A DNA stretch of 64,000 bases, from NCBI GenBank assembly GCA_965649765.1, contig OZ287748.1, positions 82,522,001 to 82,586,000 on the forward strand, read 5' to 3'. Position 1 is the stretch's first letter, and each line of letters opens with the position of its first letter. Below, in pieces: positions 22,950 to 33,960 of this stretch. Below the pieces are notes generated by a model that saw only the letters and a list, made by a program, of their open reading frames with translations, was not told the origin of the DNA and made no database searches. The position numbers and the translations under genes were made by a program. The stretch comes from Bispira polyomma (Eukaryota).

Positions 22950-24925
22950 TAGTATCAACTGTCCATTTGCATAGGGTAGTTCATTACTGAGGGTATTAAC
23001 TGTACATTTATCTGAGTACTTGGGTAGGGGACTTAATTGCTGTGGGTGAATCAGCTATATATTTAGCTAAGTACTCAGATAGGGACGTCCACTGCTTTGG
23101 GGAGTTCATTATATCAACTGTATTTTAGCTAAGTACTCAGGTAGGCGAGTTCATTACCTATCACTACTAAAATCAGCAACTTGTCATTATCTGATGGTCA
23201 TATACCAGCTTCCTTCAAGCAAGCAATTGTTACTCATTTGTCTTGAGACCACTTTCAAATACTACCGCCCTATATCAAATCTGCCTTACATTTCGAAGCT
23301 ATTGAAAAGAGTAGTGGCAGTTGAATAAGTATGCTCGAGTTCATGATTTGGATGAACCTTTTCAGTCTGCCTACCTCCTAGGTCACAGCACAGAAACAGC
23401 AATACTGGTAGTTTTGAATGACATGCTTCTTGAGATGGATAAGGGTAAAGCTTTTTTACTGGCAATGTTGGACCTCTCAGCTGCCTTTGACACTGTTAAC
23501 CATGGTATAATTTTGAATAGATTACACACCCGGTATTGACTAATTGATCCTGTTTTGTGATGGTTCAATTCATACCTTACTGATAGAGTGCAGTCAGTTT
23601 CAATACTTGTAAATAAATCCGCTTCAGTGTCACTTCAATGTGGTGTACCTCTGTCTTAAGGCCAAATATGTACTGCAAATATACAAGGCCAGTTGGTGAT
23701 ATCATAAGGTCATTCTCTATTTCTTACCATCTATATGCTGATGACTCTCAACTATATTTGGCATTCAAACCAGATGATGAGATCTCATCAATCAACCGTA
23801 AGAAATACACAAAATTGTATCTCTAATATAACTTTTTAGATGACGGATAGTAAGCTAAAAGTAAATGAAGACAAGACTTAATTCATGGTGGTTGGTTAGA
23901 GAAAACACCTTTCTAAAGCTTCTGTAAATCAACTTCAAGTTGGCAGCAGTGTTGTCAAAATCAGTATCTGTTCACAGTCTCGGTGATTTCTTCGATGAGG
24001 AGCTTTCAATGAAGGTCCCTGTGTAAAACCTAATAAACTTTTACCTTTAAAAAAATACATTACATCAGACCTTATCTTACATCGCAAACCTACAAAACAC
24101 TCATAAATGCATGTATAACATCCAAGCTACTGTAATAGAATACTTATTAATACCCATAAGTATTTGCTAGACAAGTTGCAGAATGTCCAGAACTTTGCTG
24201 CTAGGCTTGTGTTCCCTAGATCCACTGATGAAACTCCATTGGCTCTCAATTGGCTATCGAGTTCAGCACAAAATAATTACTTTCAAGGCACTGAAATGCG
24301 AAGGTCCTGTCTATCTGATATACCTTCTGACTGTGGTTAAGTTGTCCTATAAGACTAGAAACCAAACTGGTACAAACCTACATATTCCGAGGACCATGCT
24401 TATCTCAGGAGAAGATCCTGGTTACAGTGTTGCTGCACAAAAACTCTGAAATCAACTAAAACCACATCTACAAGAATGTCAGAGCATCAATTGCTTTTAC
24501 AAATAATTGAAAACATACCTTTTTTGAGCTTGCGTTGAACCTCTAAACTAATTTTTCCCTTTCATAGTTACTTTAATCTTTGCGTATATGTTTGAACTGT
24601 TGTAAAGCACACTGATCACTTGAATGATATCAAGTGGATTCTGCGCTTTATAAATATCCCATTTTTAGCATAATTATATCAACTGTACATTAAGCAAAGT
24701 ACTAATGTAGGGGAGTTCATTGTTGTGGGTATCAACTGTACATTTAACTAAGTACTCAGGTAGGGGGGTTTGTTGTATCAACTGTCTATTTAACTAAGTA
24801 CTCAGGTGGGGGAGTCCATTACTGTGGTTATTAACCGTACATTTAGCTAAGTACTTAGGTAGGGGAGTCCATTACAGTAGGTATCAACCGTACATATAGC
24901 TAAGCACTCAGGTATGGGAGTTATT
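22950..24925. repeat. ~53-bp minisatellite split in two (22950-23160 and 24677-24925) by an L2 insertion
   Basis: Unit tatcaactgtacatttagctaagtactcaggtaggggagttcattactgtggg on both sides of the LINE. Confidence 0.85.
23170..24672 (+). mobile_element. 5'-truncated, decayed L2 LINE (RT domain to 3' end)
   Basis: YRPISNLPYISKLL, FQSAY..GHSTETA, LDLSAAFDTVNH, YADDSQLY, LHWL, YSVAAQKL motifs with stops and frameshifts. Confidence 0.92.
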
Positions 24926-25519
24926 GCTTTAGGCAAGTGTCAGACAGGTGGCTAGATCTAATGAAAGTTAGAGAACAGTCAGTCTTCTGAAAGGTAAAAT
25001 TGTAAAGATTTCAGGGCATGGTTTTACTAATTATAAGGTGATATATGGTATGTAGCACAGTAGCCTTGCTCAGCGTAACAACTCCAGTTATTGGCAGTTT
25101 GATTGTTTTCTGAACTTTATCTTTTGTTCATAAATTAATATGGAAAAATATGTGCAATCTTTGTTTTATATTCTACTTTGGATTTTAAATTTCAATGTGC
25201 TCTCAGATCTGAATGACACATTTCATTGAGCACCACTGTATGACAAACTTGGGCTGTAGTGTTCCAGTGGTTGACACACAGCTCGAAATCACCCTTACAT
25301 TTTCCAAAAGTTGCCTCGGATAAACCAATCTCTACTGTAGTCTAGATATAAATGTCAATTGCCCCATCTTGTGTTTTCGAAATATTGGACCTTTTTTTTG
25401 GACAAAAAAATCAAAATTGCCGGCAAAATTGGAAAATTTTAAAATTTTGTAAAAAAGAATGACATGCACCAAAGGACCCTATTGTGTCAAAACTGAACTC
25501 AAGCTCATTTCTATCCAAA

Positions 25520-26075
25520 AGCCTGGTCACACCTACACATGCTGGAGCTACATGTGTGTGACGTTTTGACCTGTTTGGAAATGTAGTAAAAGGTAATGCC
25601 AAAGTGATGATCCCTGGTGCTTTCGTTCCATGACGTTGCTTAACGGATGATATCATTTCGGAAACGTCTCCATTTAGTCTGCTACCACGATTGTTTCAAA
25701 CTGTTTAAAACAATTGTGGCAGAGCTCTTCATTTCTCGAGGACGTCTCCACTCGTCTGTATAAGTAGCATAATGTAGTAGTAAGTAGCAGTAAGTAGTGA
25801 AATTGTCCCCTTCGTCTGTATCCGTTGTGGAAAGTTTACTAGTAGCAGAACGCACCAGAAAGCACCAGTAACTAGCAATATAGTAGCTCTACGTAGTAGT
25901 GTTTGTTTCCCTCCCTGCTCTGTGTGTTTAAGTACCAACATTGTCACGAAACGTCACAAAAACGTCACAATCGACTCCCACTTTTATAAAAATGTCGTCA
26001 CGAAGCTACCACATTCTCAGTTTTTTTGCTTTGCTGTGTTGTGAGACGTTAGCGCGTGTACTTGTGACTAGGCCA
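25520..26075. mobile_element. Harbinger-type MITE, copy 1
   Basis: TIRs gcctggtcacacctacac / gtgtacttgtgactaggc; homologous over its whole length to 43154-43758. Confidence 0.8.
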
Positions 26076-26658
26076 TAATACTGCTTTTACAATATTCAAG
26101 TAGTGAAACCCAAAAATAGCTGCAATGGTAAAACACTTGTCAGCCACCCACTTTGAATCAACTCAATTCTAAAAAGTGCATCTTTTCATCTTAGTTCATC
26201 TATATGCCATATTGTATGAAATATGATAAATACTTTAGTTCAGTTACTGATTAAAACACATATGCTAGTGAAGAAGATATTCTAATATATTTTATATCAA
26301 TGGATAATCAATAATCAATAATAATCAATCGTCAAACAGTAGTTTATGGCCCAATTGATGTAAAAATCTGCAGTGTTCTACATATAAATGGAAGTAACAT
26401 ATTTAGCAAATTTTTAATTGAACTACAAAAAACACTTTTCAGAAAATGTGGTGATAAGCAAGTGTACCTGAACTTCGATTTTGATTATGTGACCTTGATA
26501 AAGGTAAAACATCTAATTTATGCACTGACACTTTTTCCCAGGAATAATAAAGATAAACAACAAAAAGTGATTAGTTCCTATTACAAGAGCTATAATAGAA
26601 GTTGGCGGCGAAACAACCAGAGCTGACCCTTAATTATCTCAGTTGCACTATCACCGTG

Positions 26659-26907
26659 TGGGGGTCCATAGTGGTGCAGTCCTAACAAACTCGCCTTCTA
26701 CCTCAGCGGTCCCAGGTTCGAATCTCGGGATTTTGGCTTTAAGTGGGAAAGTGGGCAGTTCACTTGCCGACGGTCAATGCTTTACAATGTAGAATCTTGA
26801 CCAACTAGTATACATCCATATATATGTATATATAGTGCTTCCTCCAGCAAAGAAACTACCTGCCGTGATATGACCTATACGATGTTTTGAAAGTAATGTT
26901 AAACCCC
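26659..26907 (+). mobile_element. SINE related to families A/B (host of a nested SINE)
   Basis: B-box ccaggttcgaatc and body gtgggaaagtgggcagttcacttgccgacggtc; its tail resumes after 27157. Confidence 0.8.
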
Positions 26908-27156
26908 TCAGTGGCGTAGTGGTTGGCAAGCATTGCACTTTGCAATCACTGGCCTTTCACCTCTGGGCGGCGTGAGTTCGAATCACGTTGATGCCTATGT
27001 GGGAAAGGTGGTAGTTCCTTACTGTGGGCCGCTGGTTTCAGTGCAGAACCTTGATCAACTGTATGCAGTGTTTCCTCCAGCGTTTCCAACTACCCGTCCC
27101 AATATAACCTAAACAGGTACTAGAGTGGACGTTAAATATCCCAATTCAAATTCAAA
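26908..27156 (+). mobile_element. SINE family A nested in the tail of an older SINE
   Basis: 10-bp TSD gttaaacccc at 26898-26907 and 27157-27166. Confidence 0.92.
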
Positions 27157-29129
27157 GTTAAACCCCCAAAAAATCCAATCTATGACCTTGTGTATACACC
27201 TTGAGAAGGCTAGTAGTTACTAGAGGATGGTCTCTGTGTTAATTTGACTGTGTCTCATCTGTCGCTCTGTGTCAAATGGCTGAAGCAGAAAAAAGGGGGG
27301 GTGACACATTCACACACACACACACAAACTAATGAGCTACCAGTGTGTGTGTATATATTGCCACATCTCAGTGGTATTTCTAAAATTGAAACAACCCCCG
27401 AGTGTCAGTTCTCTCCCTCCACTATGTGTATGTCTATCTACCTATGTGCTACACATTTTACCTATACACCAATCATCTACAAACTGTTTTGTAGTGGGGC
27501 GGCGACCACCCAAGTCAGTCCACATCTTGTGTGGTCCCCCCTCCCCATCTCTCTCTCTTGGCGCTCACACACACACGCATATTACTCCGCCAGTTGTTAG
27601 ATTATCTACGAACCCACTCACTGTGCAGTGTGTGTTATAGTACATAGGCGTGTGTATATCAGAAGTTTAAGTCTGCCCCTGAAGGTGATTTTCTTGTGAA
27701 AACCACCAAAGCTGTATGTTTATGTACATAGATATTGTTCGTTAGTGATAGAGTGGCTTATAATTTGACACACACACTCGTGCATTGAGGACAAATTAGA
27801 TCTCTTTGGGGGCGGGCCATTTTTTTTTTCTCTTTCGGCGAGGGAGGCTTTTGCCAAATAAGGAAGTTAAATTGTGTTCTCTCGTTCCAATAGAGTCAAC
27901 GTGGGGTCTTATATATATTATTAAAAACGAAAAAATCATATGCCTGTGATATATTTGCTTTTTAAAGGGGGACTGAACTGTAATCAAGAAAGAGAAATCT
28001 GAAAAGGGCAAAAGACTTTTGTCACTTCACTGAAGAAAGTGATCTTGTTTGAAAACCAAGCTGACTTTAGTGAATTAAAAATATTTTTTTTTAAATCAGT
28101 GAATTGTATACAGTACTATCTGCAAAAAAATACATCTTAATAGTAACTAAATAATTTATATATAAATCTTGTTGGAGATCATGTAACATATGGATTGATT
28201 TTTTTGTTTATAAATAATACACAACCATTGTAAGAACAATTTCCACACGTTCTTCACACACTAAAACTGAACTAGTTTTAGTATACTGTGGTTCTCGGTT
28301 GAAATAGCTTTGTTTGTTTTGCTTAGTTATTAAGTAATTAAGTTTGGCATCGGTCGGAAATAGTACAGGAGCCGATATCTAGAGGTGGGGGAGGGACTTA
28401 AGCCAGAGTGGAAGTGTGTGTGGACGAGTAGAAGGGTCCTGGATCTTCACTGGATCTTCACAAGGATATGCATGCCTAACTAGTAAGCTCTCTAAAACGT
28501 CAGTCTATCCCCTCTTATCTCAGGGGGGCATTTCCTTCATAGACTTGCCCTTATCTCTACTTGACTTTCAAATAAGTAGTCATTTAAAAATAGCACCAGT
28601 GTGAAGTAGCCAGTGCTCGGGATATATAGAAATAAATCTACTTACAAAGTATAAGTGTGTCAGTTTTTGTTTTGTTTTAAGAGTTGAATTAATCCTGGGG
28701 CACAAATCCTAAAAACCCAGGGAAGATTTGGGTGCTTAGAACCAGTAGAGCATGTGACGTCTGTGTATAAGAAGGAGTATGCAGGAGTGTACTACTATAA
28801 AGTATGGACACACACCAGCCCTGGACTAATACACTGGATACATGAAGCAGACGACATTTGAGGAAACTGACTACAAGTATCAAAACACAGAAACTATCAA
28901 ATAGTCTGGCTAAGTTATATTCATGAAGACAACTTTTACCACACACATAACTACTTAAAAATATACTGATTAGAAAGCTGGATTATATCACAACTTCCAA
29001 ACTACAGACTAGTTTTAAGTTGTATTTGATCCAAAAAAAAAGTTTGAAACTCTTAAATAAAATATTGGACAGAAGTTTTAATTAATTACTACCTTTTGAA
29101 AGTGTAGACATTCAATACAAGTGTTTGCC

Positions 29130-29256
29130 ATGAAGCTTACCCAGGCGATGAGAGTGTTGACCCTGTTCTGTATGTTTCTGGTTTTGATGACGTCAGACGC
29201 CAGAAGACGCACCAGGAGACACAAACACAAGAGAGAGTTGAGGGTCAAGGACTGTG
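29130..29256 (+). CDS. GM2A: GM2 ganglioside activator-like (ML-domain lipid-binding) protein, coding exon 1
   Basis: MKLTQAMRVLTLFCMFLVLMTSDARRRTRRHKHKRELRVKDC(G): signal peptide, donor G|gtaggt in phase 1; alternative start at 29148. The symbol denotes family resemblance; orthology is untested. Confidence 0.85.
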
Positions 29257-29267
29257 GTAGGTATATA

Positions 29268-29277
29268 GTCACGTGAT
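29268..29277. promoter_or_regulatory. CLEAR-like E-box GTCACGTGAT
   Basis: 9/10 match to GTCACGTGAC, 12 nt into intron 1. Confidence 0.45.
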
Positions 29278-29380
29278 GGCGTTCGCCTTGACACAAACTT
29301 GACCTCTTTGTACTCCATTCATATTTTTGACATCATTAATCCGTCATTTGGTTCAAGACCTTTTGTCCGACACGATATTT

Positions 29381-29612
29381 GGGCCGTGGTGGCCTAGTGG
29401 TTATAAGCATCTGCTTTAAAATCACTGGCTTCTCACCTCTGGGTATCGAATCCCACAGATTCCTTGTTCATGTGAAAAACTTTGTCAGGTACTTGCTGTA
29501 GATCAGTGGTTGCTTTAGCACTAGTTTCCCCACCAGTAAACCTGGCCGTCGCAATGTGACCAAAGCTGTTGAAAGCGACGTAAAACCCAAATAAATTCGA
29601 AATAAATAAATT
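29381..29612 (+). mobile_element. SINE family B, full length
   Basis: Head gggccgtggtggcctagtgg as in family A, body atgtgaaaaactttgtcaggtacttgc, tail gttgaaagcgacgtaaaacccaaataaa. Confidence 0.85.
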
Positions 29613-31079
29613 CCGACACAATATTACCTTTACTACTACATATTACTAATAGCTACCATTTAAGTATATACTTTCTATTTCATTATAGCAGTTATGTACA
29701 CAATTAAGCCAAGAAGTTTCTGAAAAATAAGGTAACCTAATTCAAGTTATAGAATGTTTATATTTTCAAATGCTACTTCCATTAAATTATGGAATTTGTC
29801 AAGTGTTCACCACTTTATTAGAGAATGTCAAGCAGTTTTATAAAAATTAGCCTACTATCAGAATATGACCAAACATTTCTATAACTTATGATACAGTGGC
29901 ACCTTATATTATATGGACTAGCCACATAATAAAGGAATGCTGAATTGTTGTTGAGTTTCAGTAACACCATTCACATTTTACATAAAATAATAGAATGCTT
30001 GTGAAACGCAACCAATGGAAAAAACAAACGCATTTAGTATTTATTTTAAATACTTTCTGTAAAAAATTACCTAAAAAAATTGTGAGTTTTAAAATTTCGC
30101 TTAAAACGCATGATGGATCTCATTTTACTTTTGATTATTTTGATGGCAAATAAATTACAAGTTCCCTGCAGCTTAAATAATAACTAACTATTAGTACTAG
30201 CCCAGTGTTAACACAGTACAGGGCCCCAAAATGGATGTATTTTTTTAATGAATTATATCAGAAAATCTATTTACCTCTTTTCGATCATCTGTTTCGTGTT
30301 ATGCGAACACAAAGTTGTATAATGTTTTAAAACAAAGAAAGGATCATTACAGTTCTATATCCCGAATATTGCCGAAGTCTGTGTTTACCGGCGCATTTAA
30401 TTCTATTTAATAAGTTATAAAAAGAGGAGTGAGTGGGGTGGTTGTTTACCGGAATCTAAAATTCGGCACTGTATCTGAAATCCGCCACCCATAAATAAGC
30501 CAAATCAATAGTTTCATTTTCAGCAAACATTACTCGCAATTCTACAAAAAAAAAACATTTTCTTGGTGGTGAATTTGAGATAAAGTGGTGAATTTTAGAC
30601 TGTTTACTCTTCCAGTGTCCAATATTTATTAATTTATTTTTTAAATCAAATTATTTACATTTTTATGATTTTAATTATAATATTTTTCTTCAAACCCGTC
30701 TAACAATTTAATTTTTACAATTGTAAGTTGTTTAGTTATTCACACAAATAGATCATGTTATTCAAATTGCTTGGCACTTCTTGTGTGATTCTACATTGAT
30801 TTGGAAATGATATAAATATTCTGAACACAAACATATCAATGGCATTACTCCCCGAATTAGCGAGGGTGGGCGGCAATTTGTACAAGCAGGCACAATCAAG
30901 TTATGGTTGTATTGTTTAACACTTTACATGTAGTATTTTCTCAAGGGAGTAATATTTTATCCCATAGAATTCTAGGGAAATTTTAAGAATTACGAAAAGG
31001 TATTGAACCGATTTAGGTAGAAAATGTGTTGGTAAGTTGAACTTTGAAAATTTGATGCGTCTTCTAAAAGATAGATTCT

Positions 31080-31650
31080 TATCTAAGGATTTTCTTATTA
31101 TTGAAATGAAATCGTATTAACAAGTCAATTCTTAGAATAAGAATTTTCTTAGCCAAGAATTGTGAGCAGAAATGTATGCACACACGTTTTATGATAATCA
31201 TGTGACCACTGTTTACAATACTCTCATCTCCAAATATGGAGAATACGATGATAATGAATACCAAAATTCTTATTTTTAGAATTATTCTTAAACATCTAAG
31301 AATAACAGAACTTTTAGGAGTAAGAATGTCAGTGAAATAGGTCCCATATCTTTTTGGAAAAGGTGACACAAATATAAACTCCACCTTAAAAAACCCTGAA
31401 TTGCTCTAAAAATTAATACTCAACAAATACATAAAAATGACATTTTTTTCTTAAGTTAGGTCTTGACCATTCTTAGAATCAAAGATCATTCTTAGAAAAT
31501 TTTCAAAGAATAAGAAAATATTCTAAGAATTTAGTGAATGCCCATATTCTTATACTCATAATTATTCTGAGAAATCCTGGGTTCTCTAAGAATAATTCTA
31601 AGTATAAGAATAATTGTAAGTAAAAGAATGTTCGTGAATACAGACCCTGA
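31080..31650. repeat. Cluster of MITE-like remnants rich in ttcttag/taagaat motifs
   Basis: Many ttctaagaa/ttcttagaa motifs and three similar termini (gtgaaataggtccc, gtgaatgccc, gtgaatacagaccc). Confidence 0.45.
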
Positions 31651-32019
31651 TCTGTTAGAAAAGAAGTAAAAACCCAACTAAATTCAAATTCGGTTCTAAA
31701 AGGAAAAACAGAGAGCAAAACCGATACTGTGAAGGAGAAGTAATGTCCCAAAAAATAAGTACAACAGTGGAAGAATTTATTAAATGTTTTAATTAATGCA
31801 CGCATTTTTACCATGTGGACATTTAATATAATCTTTAGTTGTCAAGGACAATTACACTTAGCGCTTATAGTCCCACATAAAAGGGAAACACTGTGTTGAT
31901 TATATTTTTTTTTTTTGTAAATAATAAAACTAAAGTACAAATAACTGTAGTTGTAAACTTTGTAAACATATTTTTGAAGATGACACAATTTATCCAGCAC
32001 GTACATGTAATATTATTTA

Positions 32020-32165
32020 GCCTGCCACTTTTGATAGTACCCATTTTGACAGAGAACAACCATTTCAAAGTGTTCATCCGAGCCCCTATGTATCTGCCTG
32101 TACCTGGAAGTCCCAAAATGAGATCAAACCCAGGTGCTCTGAGTTACTACCAGAGTGTGTAGTAC
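32020..32165 (-). mobile_element. SINE family C fragment
   Basis: Reverse complement has cctgggtttgatctc...ggtactatcaaaagtggcaggctaaa. Confidence 0.55.
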
Positions 32166-32335
32166 CTATTCTACACAATTCTACCTACGATATCAGATAA
32201 ATAATATTTAATAAATGTTGTGTATAGTCAAGAGTGAAGTTTCCAAAATAGGTTGTTAAATGAATTAACATTAATTACAAGAGACGTTGGCAGATTTCAC
32301 GCGCGTCGACAATTTTAGGAGGGAAAACATGCGCG

Positions 32336-32365
32336 GTCACGTGTGCGCACGTTGGCAAACACGTG
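32336..32365. promoter_or_regulatory. E-box pair in a CpG-rich patch
   Basis: GTCACGTG at 32336 and CACGTGA at 32360. Confidence 0.4.
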
Positions 32366-33040
32366 AGAGTCGTGAGTTAGAAAGGAACACCCGGTGTACC
32401 TGTATATAGCTCAAGTTTGGAGGTGACCAGTAAACAGTACACTGTAACCCCTGGAATAATGTCTTCTTAATTACAAACAACAAAAACACACAGACAGCTT
32501 GTTGGTGTAGTTGTTTAATTAACCGATAAATACAAGTGGTTAAGCTGTCGGCAAAGTCCGCATACAGTGAAAGAAGATTCCCCAGGTTGTAGCCTTTACT
32601 GATTACCAGGCACTTCACACGGAAATCCAGAAGGGATTCGAGTTTTTTATGAAAGACTCTCAAAAATTCATTTCGTTCCTCAGTTTTATGCAGAACATTC
32701 CATCATCCAACTTGGTAAAAAAGAACTGTGTAAATATTTTTGTTTTGCCTTTTTATTTAGATGTAAACAAAATGATCACTTTGAAGTTGATCTGGATAAA
32801 GGTCAGTTCGGATATAAAACAAACAGTTGTATACATGTAAGTTAGAAATAACACAAACTCCCTCATAACACATTATCCCCGAGGCTCACATTTGATCAAA
32901 GAACAAATGAATCAAATGATACACACCCTCAACCCATTGCCTTAGATGTGCATAGGGTGGGCAGGAAATACCTGTAACTCGTTTTTTGTAAGAACTATTA
33001 TTGTGACCTACAAAATGTTGTGTAAACTATCTTTCAAGCA

Positions 33041-33059
33041 GTCACGTGACCATCACGTG
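33041..33059. promoter_or_regulatory. Perfect CLEAR palindrome GTCACGTGAC plus an adjacent TCACGTG
   Basis: gtcacgtgaccatcacgtg is read directly; function is inferred from the lysosomal-type host gene. Confidence 0.5.
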
Positions 33060-33449
33060 GAGATGAGGCCTTTCGATCAGTGGATGAGGGTTAATTACAG
33101 CTATGTACTGTTAATTGTAGGAAAACATTGACGAAAGAAATTGAAATTGGCAATCTAATTGCACCTTGAGTTTAAAAACACATGTATTTGCCTAGGTGAT
33201 GGAGCTTATTAACAAAATTAGATGCATGGAAATATTTACTCTAAGGTATTTTTGTTCCTGGATCTTGTAAAAATACCCTCACAATAGTATGTTTGGATAC
33301 AATGAGTTTTATTTTTGCTCGAGGCAATTGGAATGTTAGATTTAATTTTTATGACTTGTGGGCTGAACTAACGTTTCATATACTAAGATTATTTGACCTA
33401 AAGTCTCTCTGGGACTATTGCTGTAGTTTCGTCTTCTGATACATATATT

Positions 33450-33960
33450 ACCTTTAATATTATCAACATCTGGTATATGACATTTCTAATGGTGTCAGCC
33501 TCTGGTACATGGCATTTACAATCATGTCAACTGCTGGAATATTCTACCTACAATTAATATCAAATTAATATCAACTCATGGCAGATGATTTATACAATAG
33601 AGGCAACTACTGGCACACAATACCTTTTTTAGAATATCAACTTAAGGGCACAAGATATATACAATGATATAAAACTTCTGGCAAATCATATTTGCCATAA
33701 TATCAACTAATGACACATGATGTGTACAATGGTATCAACTGCTGGCCAATGATGCTAGCTACAATATCAACTGCGGTACTTAATGTCCACAATAGTGTCA
33801 ACCTCTACAACATGATGTTTATAATATTGTCAACTGCAAGCACACGGTATCGGTGAGAATTTAGTTTTCTGGCATGTAGTGTCAACATAATGACTGCAAA
33901 CGTGTCAGCTTCAAGCACAAACTATCTGTAATAGCTTTAAGTTCTGTCACATACGGCTAT
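33450..33960. repeat. Degenerate ~39-bp minisatellite
   Basis: Recurring 'atatcaact.ctggcacatgat.t.tacaat'. Confidence 0.75.
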
